Positions 49,786 to 60,008 of a DNA stretch of 64,000 nt are shown here, one piece after another; position 1 is the stretch's first letter; each line of letters starts with the position of its first letter. A model generated the notes under the pieces. It ran no database searches, was not told the origin of the DNA, and worked only from the letters and a program-made list of their open reading frames with translations. The stretch lies in the NCBI GenBank assembly GCA_044356395.1, contig JBIKWI010000001.1, positions 3,921 to 67,920 of the forward strand, written 5' to 3'. A program made the position numbers and the translations under genes. The stretch comes from Tagaea sp. (lineage in GTDB: Bacteria > Pseudomonadota > Alphaproteobacteria > CACIAM-22H2).

Positions 49786-50756
49786 TTCGCCCGCCCTGCG
49801 CGCAGGCGCGGATCGAGGGCCGCGTAGGCGATATCGACGATGAAGTTGATGAAGATGAACAGGAACGCCACCAGCATCAGGTAGGCGACCATTACCGGGC
49901 GGTCGAGCGTGGAGATGCTGTCGATGATGAGCTTGCCCACGCCGGGCCACGAGAAAATCGTCTCCGTCACGACCGCGAAGGCGAGGGTGGAGCCGAACTC
50001 GAGACCGAACACCGTCACGATCGGGATCGCGATCAGGCGCAGCACGTGGCGGCGCAGTATCGTCGCCTCGCTTTCGCCGGCCGCGCGCGCGAACTTGACC
50101 GTATCGCCGAGCATAGCCTCGCGCGTACCGGCGCGCGCGAGACGCACCATCATCGCGAACTTGAACAGCGACAGGTTCAGCGCGGGCAGGGCAAGGTAGC
50201 TCCATCCGTCGAGCGTCAGGAAGCTCCAGGGCACCCCGAACAGCATGGCGGTTTCGCCCCGCCCGCCGGCCGGAAGCCAGCCGAGCGTGACCGCGAAGGT
50301 GAGGATCAGCACCAGACCGATCCAGAAGGTAGGCACGGAAAAGCCGAGGACCGAAATCGCCATGATCGACTTGGCCGCGATGCCGTCGGGCCGGTAGCCG
50401 GCGTACATGCCCAGCGGTACGCCCAGCGCCGTGGCGCCGACGACGGCGACGATCGTGAGTTCGAGCGTGGCGGGCAGGCGCGACAGGATCAGGTCGAGCA
50501 CCGGCATGTTGAACACGAAGGAGCGACCGAAGTCGCCGACGGCAAGACGCAGCAGGAAATCGCGGTACTGGATCCAGAGCGGCTGGTCGAGGCCATAGGC
50601 GCGGATCGTCGCCTCGCGGATCGCGTGCGTGGCATCGGGGGAAAGCAGCACGTCGATCGGATTTCCGATACCGAACACGCCGGCGAACACGAGTGCCGAA
50701 ATGATGAGCATCACGATCAGCGCCTGCACAAGGCGTTGGATGAAAAAGCCTATCAT
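49782..50756 (-). CDS. Peptide ABC transporter permease (DppB-like)
   Basis: Start MIGFFIQRLVQALIVML, a typical DppB N-terminus. Confidence 0.85.
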   Translation of the reverse strand: MIGFFIQRLVQALIVMLIISALVFAGVFGIGNPIDVLLSPDATHAIREATIRAYGLDQPLWIQYRDFLLRLAVGDFGRSFVFNMPVLDLILSRLPATLELTIVAVVGATALGVPLGMYAGYRPDGIAAKSIMAISVLGFSVPTFWIGLVLILTFAVTLGWLPAGGRGETAMLFGVPWSFLTLDGWSYLALPALNLSLFKFAMMVRLARAGTREAMLGDTVKFARAAGESEATILRRHVLRLIAIPIVTVFGLEFGSTLAFAVVTETIFSWPGVGKLIIDSISTLDRPVMVAYLMLVAFLFIFINFIVDIAYAALDPRLRAGRAK

Positions 50757-50827
50757 TGCGCCACTAGCCGGTCGCCTGCGGGGCTCGCGGCCATCCAAGG
50801 AGAAATAGTTCCATCTAGAACCACCAT

Positions 50828-50856
50828 CTTGACAGCCGCTTCGCGCATGCGTCAAG
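50828..50856. promoter_or_regulatory. Divergent promoter region with inverted repeat CTTGAC-N17-GTCAAG (including a TTGACA hexamer); candidate MarR operator
   Basis: Read directly in the 125-bp gap between the dppB-like start (50756, minus) and the MarR start (50882, plus). Confidence 0.4.
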
Positions 50857-50881
50857 GTCTGCGCGTTTCCGGGGAGGCACG

Positions 50882-51436
50882 GTGGCATCCAAACGCGTCC
50901 GCATCGACGACAACGCGCCGGCCGGACGCCGCCCCAAAGCGGTCCCGCCGCCGCCGCTGCATGCAATGCTTGGCGTCAAGCTCTGGAACAATCCCTGCCG
51001 CCTTTCGTTCCGGGTCAACTTCATCGCCCACCATTTCAACCAGACCGCTTACGAATGGGTCTGGCGTACGTACCGCCTGACGCTGCCCGAGCACATCGTG
51101 CTCTATGCGCTGGCGCTCAAGGACGGGATCACCGCGGACGACATCGCCGCGTCGACAGCCCGTCCGAAGAACACGCTGAGCCGCGGCGTCAACGCGGTCC
51201 TGCGCAAGAAACTCATCGATCGCCGGGCGGACCCGAAGGACCGGCGGCGCCTTATCCTCACGCTGACCGCGCGCGGCCGGCGGATCGTCGCAAGGACCGT
51301 GCCGGCTTTCGTGGCGCACGAGAACGGCATGGCGAGTGCACTTACGGCAGGCGAACGGCGCGCGCTCGAAGCGCTGCTCGAGAAGATCATCGTCGACAAA
51401 CCGAATTGGCCAACTCAGATCCAAGGGAGACCGTGA
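50882..51436 (+). CDS. MarR family transcriptional regulator
   Basis: wHTH LPEHIVLYALALKDGITADDIAASTARPKNTLSRGVNAVLRKKLIDRRADPKDRR; GTG start with GGGGAGG RBS, start uncertain. Confidence 0.75.
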   Translation: MASKRVRIDDNAPAGRRPKAVPPPPLHAMLGVKLWNNPCRLSFRVNFIAHHFNQTAYEWVWRTYRLTLPEHIVLYALALKDGITADDIAASTARPKNTLSRGVNAVLRKKLIDRRADPKDRRRLILTLTARGRRIVARTVPAFVAHENGMASALTAGERRALEALLEKIIVDKPNWPTQIQGRP

Positions 51437-51437
51437 C

Positions 51438-53036
51438 ATGAACCATTACGCGAATTGGGCGCGCGGCGCGCTCGTCGGGAGCGCTCTGGCGCTTGCCCTT
51501 GCCGCAGGCGCTTCGGCGCAGACGCTGACGATCGGCGTGCGCGGCGGGCCGGACTCGATCGATCCGCATTTCACCGCGACCGGGACGCACGCCGAATCGC
51601 TCAAGCACATCTTCGATACGCTGACCTGGTCGGGCGACGGTCTCGAGGTCGAGCCGCGCCTTGCGGAAAGCTGGAAGGTGCTGAACCCGACGACCTGGGA
51701 ATTCAAGTTGCGCCGCGGCGTCAAGTTCCACGACGGATCGGACTTCACGGCCGAGGACGTCAAGTTCTCGATCGAACGTATCCCCGTCGTCGCCGGTCCG
51801 AACCCGACGACGATCTACGTCCGTCGCGTCAAGGCGGTGAAGATCGTCGATTCGCATACGGTGCATATCGAGACCGACGGTCCCGCACCGATCCTTCCCT
51901 ACGACTTCATCCGCCTGTTCATCGTCTCCCACAAGGCGGCTGCCGGACTGACCAAGGAAAATGCGAACGAGGCGTTCAACTCCGGCAAGGCCGCGATCGG
52001 GACCGGTCCTTACAAGTACGTGTCGTGGCAGCCGAAGGGCGACCTCGTGCTCGACCGCAACGACACGTATTGGGGACCCAAGGAGCCGTGGGCGCGCCAC
52101 GTCCGCAAGGAGGTGCCGAATGACGCCGCGCGCGTCGCGCAGCTCAAGGCCGGCCAGCTCGACCTTATCACGCGCGTGCCGGCGACCGACGTCGCGTCGC
52201 TCAAGCGCGATCCGAAGATCGAGGTCTCGACGATCGGCACCGTCTACGTGTTCAATGTCGAGCTCGACATGCGCGACACGCCGCCCGCCGGCCAGATCAC
52301 GGCCAAGGACGGCTCTGCCCTGTCGAAGAACCCCCTGCAGGACCGCCGCGTGCGCGAGGCGATCGACCTCGCGATCGACCGCAAGACGATCGCCGAGATC
52401 TCGATGGACGGTCTCGGTATCCCGGTCAACCAGCTCGTGACGCCGTCGATCTTCGGCTACAACAAGAGTCTGCCGGCACGCCGCTACGACGTCGCGGCCG
52501 CCAAGAAGCTGCTGGCCGATGCCGGGTATCCCAACGGGTTTCGTATCCGCTTCGCCTTCACCCAAGACCGCCTGCCCGGCGACACCCAGGTCGGCACATC
52601 GATCGCGCAGATGCTGGCGGCCGTCGGGATCGACGCGGCTGCCAGCGCCCAGCCAGCCGCCGTCTTCTTCCCTGCGCGCACGCGCGGGGAATTCTCCATG
52701 TCGATGTCGGGCTGGGGCACGCTGACGGGCGAAGCGCACTACACGCTTTCGTCGATCGCGCACTCCAACGATCCGGCGGCGAAGATGGGCGCATTCAACG
52801 TGCTCGGATACAAGAACATCACGATGGACAAGCTGCTGCAGGATGCGGCCGTCGAACTCGACGACGCGAAACGCCGCAGCTTCCTCGAGCAGGCGAATGC
52901 GCTCGTTCTCGAAGACAGGCCGCGCCTTCCGATCGTGTCGGTCGGCTCCGCCTGGGCCATGCAGAAGGGCAAGGTGCGCATCAAGGCTCGTGTCGACGAA
53001 GACACGCTGGCGATGAACATCAAGCCGGTGCGCTGA
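51438..53036 (+). CDS. Peptide/nickel ABC transporter substrate-binding protein (family 5, DppA/GsiB-like)
   Basis: Start MNHYANWARGALVGSALALALAAGASAQ; AAGGGAGA RBS; begins 2 nt after the MarR stop. Confidence 0.9.
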   Translation: MNHYANWARGALVGSALALALAAGASAQTLTIGVRGGPDSIDPHFTATGTHAESLKHIFDTLTWSGDGLEVEPRLAESWKVLNPTTWEFKLRRGVKFHDGSDFTAEDVKFSIERIPVVAGPNPTTIYVRRVKAVKIVDSHTVHIETDGPAPILPYDFIRLFIVSHKAAAGLTKENANEAFNSGKAAIGTGPYKYVSWQPKGDLVLDRNDTYWGPKEPWARHVRKEVPNDAARVAQLKAGQLDLITRVPATDVASLKRDPKIEVSTIGTVYVFNVELDMRDTPPAGQITAKDGSALSKNPLQDRRVREAIDLAIDRKTIAEISMDGLGIPVNQLVTPSIFGYNKSLPARRYDVAAAKKLLADAGYPNGFRIRFAFTQDRLPGDTQVGTSIAQMLAAVGIDAAASAQPAAVFFPARTRGEFSMSMSGWGTLTGEAHYTLSSIAHSNDPAAKMGAFNVLGYKNITMDKLLQDAAVELDDAKRRSFLEQANALVLEDRPRLPIVSVGSAWAMQKGKVRIKARVDEDTLAMNIKPVR

Positions 53037-53052
53037 ACTCCGCAGGCAATTC

Positions 53053-53093
53053 CCCGCGGACGGCGCTCGCGCGCCGTCCGCGGGTTTCTCCTT
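53053..53093 (+). terminator. Rho-independent terminator: CCCGCGGACGGCGC-TCGC-GCGCCGTCCGCGGG followed by TTTCTCCTT
   Basis: Perfect 14-bp GC stem, 4-nt loop and T-rich tail, 17 nt after the SBP stop. Confidence 0.75.
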
Positions 53094-53113
53094 CGCGAAC
53101 GGACGGACTCGAC

Positions 53114-53818
53114 ATGCGCCTGACCGAAATGAACTGGATGCAGCTTGAAGCGCATCTCAAGGGCGACGACCGCTGCATCCTGCCTATCGGCAGTATCGAG
53201 CAGCATTCCCATCTCAGCCTCGGCGTCGACGCGATCCTCGCCGAGAAGGTGTCGCTCGACGCCGCACAGCCTGCCGGCGTGCCGGTATTTCCCGTCCTGT
53301 CGTACGGCATCACGCCCTATTTCAAGGCGTTTCCGGGAACCGTGACGCTGCGCATTTCGACGGCGATCGCCGTGATGAAGGACGTGCTCGATTCGATCAA
53401 GCGCAGCGGCTTCAGGCGCGTGATGATCGTCAACGGCCACGGCGGCAACAATCCCGTCGGTGCCTACGCGCTCGAGTGGATGTCGGAAAATGCCGGGGTG
53501 GCGATCAAGTTCCACAATTGGTGGTGCGCGCCGAAAACCTGGAAGAAGGTCAAGGAAATCGACCCCGTCGCCAGCCATGCCTCATGGATGGAAAACTTCC
53601 CGTGGACGCGTGTGGCGAATGTCGCCTATCCGGACATGCAGAAGGCCATGGTCGACATCGAGAAGCTGAAGCAGTTGGGCCCGGTCGAGGCACGCAAGAT
53701 GCTCGGTGACGGCAACTACGGAGGCCGCTACATCCGAGATGATGCCGAAATGCTCGCGTTGTGGGACGTCGCCGTCGAGGAGACTCGCGAACTGCTGAAC
53801 GGCCCGTGGCCGCAATGA
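53114..53818 (+). CDS. Creatininase (creatinine amidohydrolase) family protein
   Basis: ILPIGSIEQHSHLSLGVD...VFPVLSYG...FPGTVTL matches the creatininase family core. Confidence 0.8.
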   Translation: MRLTEMNWMQLEAHLKGDDRCILPIGSIEQHSHLSLGVDAILAEKVSLDAAQPAGVPVFPVLSYGITPYFKAFPGTVTLRISTAIAVMKDVLDSIKRSGFRRVMIVNGHGGNNPVGAYALEWMSENAGVAIKFHNWWCAPKTWKKVKEIDPVASHASWMENFPWTRVANVAYPDMQKAMVDIEKLKQLGPVEARKMLGDGNYGGRYIRDDAEMLALWDVAVEETRELLNGPWPQ

Positions 53819-54837
53819 CCGACCCGACCGTCATCTGGGGTGCGGGTGCCGTCGGCGGCACGCTGGGGGCCTATCTCGTCCGCTCCGGCGTCGACGTGCT
53901 GTTCGTCGACAACGTGCCGGAGCATGTCGCGGCGATGAACGGATCCGGCCTGACGATCGAAGGGCCGATCGACAACTTCACGGTGCCTGCAAAAGCATGC
54001 CTTCCGGCCGATGTGTCGGGCCGGTTCGGGCGCATCGTGCTGGCAGTCAAGGCGCAGCACACGGTCTCGGCCGTGGCGGCGCTCGCACAGCATCTTGCCG
54101 ACGACGGATATGTCGTGTCCGCGCAGAACGGCCTCAACGAGATCGCGATCTCAAATGAGGTCGGCGAGGCGCGGACGATGGGCTGCTTCGTCAATTACGG
54201 GGCCGACTATCTGGAGCCGGGTCGGATCACCTACGGCGGTTACGGCGCCGTCGTGCTCGGCGAACTCGACGGGCGCTCCACGCCCCGGCTCGCCGATACG
54301 CTGGCCCTGTTCCAGCGCTTCGAGCCGCGCGCGATAGCCACGGACAACATCTGGGGCTATCTCTGGGGGAAGCTCGGTTACGGAGCGCTGCTTTTTGCGA
54401 CGGCCCTGACCAACAGGTCCATCGCAGATGCGCTGGCCGAGCCGCGCTGGAAGGCGCTTTACCGGCGCATCGGGACGGAGGCGGTGCTCGCGGGCCGCGC
54501 CCGAAAGGTACGCGCGGAAGGTTTCAACGGATTTGACGTGGCGGCATTCACGCCCGAGGCTTCCGATGCGGCGGTGCAAGCCTCGCTCGACGCGATGGTC
54601 GCGCACAACGCCAAATCGACCAAGACGCATAGCGGCATCTGGCGCGATCTTGCCGTGCGCAAGCGCAAGACGGAAGTCGACGCGCAGATCGCCATCATCG
54701 CCGACCTCGCAAGGGAAGTCGGCGTCGATACCCCGGCGATCCGGGCACTCGTGGCCTTCGTCCACGACGTGGAGGATGGACGCCGCCCGCTCGACGACGC
54801 CACGCTCGACGCTCTTGCCAAGGCCGTCGGCGCATGA
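53815..54837 (+). CDS. 2-dehydropantoate 2-reductase family oxidoreductase (ApbA/PanE-like)
   Basis: Start MTDPTVIWGAGAVGGTLGAYL; ATGA overlap with the creatininase stop. Confidence 0.75.
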   Translation: MTDPTVIWGAGAVGGTLGAYLVRSGVDVLFVDNVPEHVAAMNGSGLTIEGPIDNFTVPAKACLPADVSGRFGRIVLAVKAQHTVSAVAALAQHLADDGYVVSAQNGLNEIAISNEVGEARTMGCFVNYGADYLEPGRITYGGYGAVVLGELDGRSTPRLADTLALFQRFEPRAIATDNIWGYLWGKLGYGALLFATALTNRSIADALAEPRWKALYRRIGTEAVLAGRARKVRAEGFNGFDVAAFTPEASDAAVQASLDAMVAHNAKSTKTHSGIWRDLAVRKRKTEVDAQIAIIADLAREVGVDTPAIRALVAFVHDVEDGRRPLDDATLDALAKAVGA

Positions 54838-55583
54838 ACGTCGATTTTTCGGGCAAGACCGTCGTCGTCACCGGTGCCGGTCACGGCATCGGCCGCGCCA
54901 TCGCGCGTGCATTCGCCGATGACGGGGCAAACGTGTTCGCCTGCGACCTCGATGCCGGCGAATTGTCGGAGACGTCGGGCGGGCGCATGGAGACCGCGGC
55001 GTTTGACATTGCCGACCGTGCCGCCATCTTCGCCTTCGTCGGCAGTGCGGCCGCGGCGACGGGTCGCGTCGACATCCTGATCAACAACGCCGGCGGCGTG
55101 CGCGGGCAGGTCAGACAGCCGCTCGAGAGCGTGACGCCCGAGGCATGGCGCGCCCTGTTCGAGGTCAATGTCGACGGCGCCTTCGCCTTCGCGCAGGCGG
55201 CCGTACCGCACATGAAGAAGGGCGGGTCGGGCCGGATCGTCAACATCTCGTCGGGTGCCGGATTGGGCGTGAGCCTGACTGGCATCCAGGCCTATGCGGC
55301 GTCCAAGCATGCACTCGTGGGTCTGACGCGGCAGCTCGGCCACGAACTCGGGCAGTTCGGCATCACGGTCAATTCGGTGGCACCCGGCTTCGTGCGTTCG
55401 AATCCCGCGAGCGAACGGCAGTGGGAAAGCTATGGCCCCGACGGGCAGAAGGCCCTGCTGGAGCGGATCGCCTTGCGCCGGCTTGGCACGCCCGGGGACA
55501 TCGCCAATGCCGTGCTGTTCCTCGCCTCGGAACACGCCGCATGGATCACGGGGCAGGTCCTGCAGGTCGACGGCGGGAAGTAG
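54834..55583 (+). CDS. SDR family NAD(P)-dependent oxidoreductase
   Basis: TGAGHGIGRA; NNAG; catalytic YAASK; ATGA overlap. Confidence 0.9.
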   Translation: MNVDFSGKTVVVTGAGHGIGRAIARAFADDGANVFACDLDAGELSETSGGRMETAAFDIADRAAIFAFVGSAAAATGRVDILINNAGGVRGQVRQPLESVTPEAWRALFEVNVDGAFAFAQAAVPHMKKGGSGRIVNISSGAGLGVSLTGIQAYAASKHALVGLTRQLGHELGQFGITVNSVAPGFVRSNPASERQWESYGPDGQKALLERIALRRLGTPGDIANAVLFLASEHAAWITGQVLQVDGGK

Positions 55584-55586
55584 GCG

Positions 55587-56495
55587 TCAGCGCTTCAGTC
55601 CGCCGGCAGCCGCGCAATAGGCCGCGATTTCGGCATGCGTGGCGATCCAAGTGCCCGGCAGCGACTTCGCCAACTTGACGATCTCCTCGAGGATCCAGAC
55701 GCGCGAGCGGTGCCCGATCACGTGCGGGTGCATCGTAAGCACGTACAGGCCGCCTTCGGCGTGCGCCATCTCCAGTTCGCGCCGGAAAACGTCGAAGACC
55801 GCATCTGGCGCCGTGTAGGGGCGCAGGCTCGCCATGCGGTCCATGTTGAAATAGATCGCGTCGTCGCGGATCCATTCGACCGGCAGCTCGACCACGCCGG
55901 TCGGCTGACCGTCTTCGAGCAGCTCGTAGGGATCGTCGTCGGCCATCAGGGAAGAATCGTAGAGCAGCCCCATCTCGCGGATGATGCCGAGCGTGTGGGG
56001 GCTGAAATCCCACGACGCCGTGCGCATGCCGACGGCCCGCTTGCCCGAGACCTTCTCGAGCACGTCGGCCGCACGGAAATTGAGATCGCGCTCGGCCTCG
56101 TAGCCGAGCGTGCTGTTGAACTCGTGGATCCAGCTGTGAATCGCCAGCTCGTGACCGGCCGCGACGACCGATTTCACTTCCTGGGGATGGAGCAGGGCCG
56201 AGACCGCCGGCTGGAAGAAGCTCGCCGGAACCGCGTGCCTGTCGAGTATCTTCAGGATTCGCCTGATTCCGGAGCGCGCGCCGTATTCGCCCTGGCTCAG
56301 CTTGCCGAACGACTTGCCGCCATGCCGAAGCTCGCCCGTTTCATGGTCGGAATCGAATGACAGGGCGACGGCACAGCGTGCCCCGTCCTTCCACTTCGCG
56401 GGCAGCAACGACTTGCCGCCCCGCACCTTGTTGACGATGGCGCGCCATGTCGCCTCGCTCCATTGCCACGGCTTCTGTTCGTCTTCCTGCGACAT
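55587..56495 (-). CDS. Polysaccharide deacetylase family protein (NodB-homology carbohydrate esterase)
   Basis: Start MSQEDEQKPWQW; FDSDHETG...HSWIHE motifs; GGAGAAG RBS. Confidence 0.75.
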   Translation of the reverse strand: MSQEDEQKPWQWSEATWRAIVNKVRGGKSLLPAKWKDGARCAVALSFDSDHETGELRHGGKSFGKLSQGEYGARSGIRRILKILDRHAVPASFFQPAVSALLHPQEVKSVVAAGHELAIHSWIHEFNSTLGYEAERDLNFRAADVLEKVSGKRAVGMRTASWDFSPHTLGIIREMGLLYDSSLMADDDPYELLEDGQPTGVVELPVEWIRDDAIYFNMDRMASLRPYTAPDAVFDVFRRELEMAHAEGGLYVLTMHPHVIGHRSRVWILEEIVKLAKSLPGTWIATHAEIAAYCAAAGGLKR

Positions 56496-56564
56496 CGGCG
56501 CTTCTCCGGACTGGAAATCCGGCCGACTATAGGGCAATCCTCGACCGGGAGGGAGCCGCCATCC

Positions 56565-57479
56565 ATGCCGCGCATCGTCGTTGTCGGAAGTTACAATCGC
56601 GACCTTAGCTTCGTCATGCGGCGCATGCCGGCCGACGGCGAGACGGTGATCGGCGCCGATCTCGTCGAGGGGCCCGGCGGCAAGGGCAGCAACCAGGCGA
56701 TCCAGGCCGCACGCGCCGGCGCGTACGTTTCCATGCTCGCCGCGGTCGGTGCCGATGGCGCCGGTTCGGAGGCGGTCGCGCTCTGGCGCAGATGCGGCAT
56801 CGCCACACGTATGGTCGTCCGCAAGGACGGTGTCGCGACCGGATCGGCGGCGATTCTCGTCGAGGCGGATGGTCGCAACCGTATCGTGGTCGCGTCCGGC
56901 GCAAACGCATGCCTGACCGCAGCGGACGTACGGCGTGCAGGCGGCGGCATCCGGGCATCGGCGCTCGTCGTCGGCCAACTGGAAGTGCCGGTTGCCGCGA
57001 CCCAAGCGGCCTTCGCGATGGCGCGCAGGGCCGGTGCTGCCACACTCCTCAATGCGGCACCGGCGATCTCGCGGATTCCGGCAAGCCTGCTCCGGCTGAC
57101 GGACATCCTGGTCGTCAACGAGATCGAAGCACGCGCCCTGACGGGCCTGCCTGCACGGGCAACGCCCTCGACGCTTGCAAGGGCGCTCGGGAAGTTCGCC
57201 CGGCTGGCGGCGGTGGTCACGGTCGGCGCCGACGGTGCATGGCTCGCCGGCGCCGGTCGCGCCCCCTCACGGTTCCCGGCACCCTCCACGAAGGTCGTCG
57301 ATACGACAGGCGCCGGCGATGCGTTCGTCGGCGCCTTTGCCGGGCGCTATGCCCTCGACGGTGACGTGCCGGCAGCGATGCGCTGGGGGATCGCCGCCGG
57401 CTCGCTGGCCTGCCGCAAGCGCGGTGCGGCGGCATCCTATGCCGGGGTCGATGCCATCGCACGGGTCGCACGGGCATGA
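56565..57479 (+). CDS. PfkB-family carbohydrate kinase (ribokinase-like)
   Basis: Start MPRIVVVGSYNRDL; GGKGSNQA; C-terminal TGAGDAFVGA; GGGAGGGAG RBS. Confidence 0.85.
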   Translation: MPRIVVVGSYNRDLSFVMRRMPADGETVIGADLVEGPGGKGSNQAIQAARAGAYVSMLAAVGADGAGSEAVALWRRCGIATRMVVRKDGVATGSAAILVEADGRNRIVVASGANACLTAADVRRAGGGIRASALVVGQLEVPVAATQAAFAMARRAGAATLLNAAPAISRIPASLLRLTDILVVNEIEARALTGLPARATPSTLARALGKFARLAAVVTVGADGAWLAGAGRAPSRFPAPSTKVVDTTGAGDAFVGAFAGRYALDGDVPAAMRWGIAAGSLACRKRGAAASYAGVDAIARVARA

Positions 57480-58948
57480 GCTGCGTGCTCGCCTTCGACC
57501 TTGGGGGCTCCAGTCTGCGCGGAGGTCTTGTCGACGGGACCGGTGCGATCGTGGCACTTCGGTCGGTCGCGTCGTCGGCCGGCCGGTCGGCCGAAGCCGA
57601 TCCCGAGACCTGGTGGCGGGACCTCGTGGATCTGGCCGATGCACTCGCTGCTGCCAATCCGGCGGCATTTGCGGCGACGACGGCGATCGCGATTTCGGCC
57701 TTCACGCGCACGCAGGTGTTTCTCGATGCCGGTGGCCGTCCGACGCATCCGGCCTTGCTGTGGCACGACAGCCGTGCCGAGACGTTCGTCGAAATCCTGC
57801 GCGCGGCCTGCCCGGCCGGACATCCCGAGGCTGCCCGCATCAATGCATATCATCCGGCGGCGCGACTGCTGTGGCTTGCACGCATGATGCCCGACGCGTT
57901 CGCCCGAACGGCGCATGTCGTCGAACCCAAGGACTGGCTCAATTTCAGGCTGACGGGTGTCCTGGCGGGCGACAGCGTGTCGCTTGCGCGGCTTGCCGCC
58001 GCCGCGGCACCCGCCGGGCGTTCGATCCTTGCCGCCATCGGCGTCGCGGAATCGCTGGTTCCTGCCCTGCGCGACCCGGTCTCGGTCATGGGGCATGCCG
58101 TCGCCGGCCTGCCTGGCGCTCTTCGCGATCTGGCGGGCTGTCCGGTCGTGACGATGGCCAACGACACGTGGGCGGCAGTCGCCGGGCTTGGAGCACTCCA
58201 GCCGGGCCTAGCCTACAACATCTCCGGCACGACCGAGGTGCTGGGGCTCGTCGCCGGGCATCCGGCAACGGCGGAAGGCCTGCTCGACGTCGTCTGGGGG
58301 CCGGACCTGCATCAGCTTGGCGGCCCGGGCCAGAACGGGGCCGATACGCTCGCCTGGATACTCGATCTGCTGGGTCGGCGCGGCGACGCCGGCGCGGCAA
58401 TCGAAACACTGTTGGCCGAGCCCCGGTCCGACGCCCCGGTGCTGTTCCTGCCCTTCCTGCAGGGCGAACGCGTGCCCTTCTGGGACGCGAACCTGCGCGG
58501 CGCGTTCGTGGGCCTGAACCGCCAGCACCGCGCGGTCGACCTCGCTTTTGCGGTGATGGAGGGGATCGCGTTCCTCAACCGCATCGTCCTCGAGCGGGCC
58601 GAGGCCGGTGCCGGCCTACGGGCGCGCGAGCTGCGGTTCGGCGGCGGCGGTGCCGCAAACGTGGCGTGGTGCCGGATCAAGGCCGATATCCTCGACCGGC
58701 CGGTCGTGGCGCCGGCCGTCGAGGAGCCCGGGCTGCTCGGGGCGGCGGTCGTGGCACGGGTGGCATGCGGCGACTATCCGACCCTTGCGGCGGCGCAGGA
58801 AGCGCTTGTCCGGCCGGGTCGCCGCTACGAGCCGGATCCGACCCGCAGGGCATCCTTCGACCGGCTCCATGCCGAGTTCCGGCAGGCCCACGACGCGCTG
58901 GCACCCGTCTCGCGACGCCTTGCCACGTGGGCTGCGGATCGGCGATAA
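57476..58948 (+). CDS. FGGY-family carbohydrate kinase
   Basis: N-terminal LAFDLGGSSLRGGL; FGGY C-terminal domain; ATGA overlap with the ribokinase-like gene. Confidence 0.8.
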   Translation: MSCVLAFDLGGSSLRGGLVDGTGAIVALRSVASSAGRSAEADPETWWRDLVDLADALAAANPAAFAATTAIAISAFTRTQVFLDAGGRPTHPALLWHDSRAETFVEILRAACPAGHPEAARINAYHPAARLLWLARMMPDAFARTAHVVEPKDWLNFRLTGVLAGDSVSLARLAAAAAPAGRSILAAIGVAESLVPALRDPVSVMGHAVAGLPGALRDLAGCPVVTMANDTWAAVAGLGALQPGLAYNISGTTEVLGLVAGHPATAEGLLDVVWGPDLHQLGGPGQNGADTLAWILDLLGRRGDAGAAIETLLAEPRSDAPVLFLPFLQGERVPFWDANLRGAFVGLNRQHRAVDLAFAVMEGIAFLNRIVLERAEAGAGLRARELRFGGGGAANVAWCRIKADILDRPVVAPAVEEPGLLGAAVVARVACGDYPTLAAAQEALVRPGRRYEPDPTRRASFDRLHAEFRQAHDALAPVSRRLATWAADRR

Positions 58949-58990
58949 CACGGGGCCGGTTCAATCGTTAACAGTCAGCGCCATCGGCCG

Positions 58991-59974
58991 ATGCCACCCC
59001 CAAGCCATCCCTCCGCATCCGCCGACCGGCGTATCCGCGATGCCATCGAACGCTACGGCACGGTGATGGCCGGGCTCGTGCTGATCGGCTATTTCGTCGT
59101 GTTCGCGCAGAACTTCGCCAGCCCGGCCAATCTCCTCAACATCGCCAAGGACACCAGCTTCCTTGCCATCCTGGCGATCGGTTTCGCACTCGCCCTCACC
59201 ATCGCCGAACTGGATCTGTCGGTCGCCGAGGTCGCCAGCCTCGCGGCGGTCGTCGCCGGCTGGCTCGTCCAGCAGAAGTACGATCCATGGCTCGCGTTCC
59301 TGGCCGCGATCGCGGTCGGTCTCGGGCTCGGCCTGTTCAACGGGTTCGGCGTGACCGTCCTTCGCGTGCCTTCGCTGATCGTGACGCTGGGAACGGCCGC
59401 GATCGCCAAGGGGCTGGCCTTCATGATCACGCAGGGCGTGGCTTTCGTCGGCCGCTGGCCGACCGGGTTCACCGGGCTTTCCCGGGGGACGACGTGGGGC
59501 GTGTCCAACCTGATCTTCTGGATGGCGGGCGTCGCGATCGTCGCCTACGGACTCGTCAAGTGGACCCGCACGGGCGCCCACATGACCGCGACCGGCGAGG
59601 CGGACGAGGCCGCGCGTCTCGCCGGCATCGCGACGGCCCGGATGAAGCGGATCGGCCTCGCGCTGTCGGGCGCCTGCGCAGGCCTGGCAGCCGTCCTGCT
59701 CGCCGCGAACCTTTCGTCTGCCGCCCCCAACATGGCAGGCGACTATTTCCTCTATGCGATCGCGGCGGTGCTGCTCGGCATGACGATGTTCGAGCCGGGG
59801 CGGCCGAACATCCCCGGCACGCTGTTCGCCGCAGTCGTGCTCAAGGTACTCGGCAACGGCCTCGTCCTGCAGGGGGCCGCTTACTACGTGCAGGATATCG
59901 TGCTTGGTGGCATCATCATCGGATCCGTCGCCTTCTCGGCGATGGTGACGAAGAAACCAGCCTTCAAGGTGTGA
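58991..59974 (+). CDS. Sugar ABC transporter permease (CUT2 / RbsC-like)
   Basis: Multi-TM; branched-chain/ribose-type permease profile; start uncertain. Confidence 0.75.
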   Translation: MPPPSHPSASADRRIRDAIERYGTVMAGLVLIGYFVVFAQNFASPANLLNIAKDTSFLAILAIGFALALTIAELDLSVAEVASLAAVVAGWLVQQKYDPWLAFLAAIAVGLGLGLFNGFGVTVLRVPSLIVTLGTAAIAKGLAFMITQGVAFVGRWPTGFTGLSRGTTWGVSNLIFWMAGVAIVAYGLVKWTRTGAHMTATGEADEAARLAGIATARMKRIGLALSGACAGLAAVLLAANLSSAAPNMAGDYFLYAIAAVLLGMTMFEPGRPNIPGTLFAAVVLKVLGNGLVLQGAAYYVQDIVLGGIIIGSVAFSAMVTKKPAFKV

Positions 59975-60008
59975 CGCCCGACAGGGTCGCAAGAGGGAGT
60001 AGACGGAC

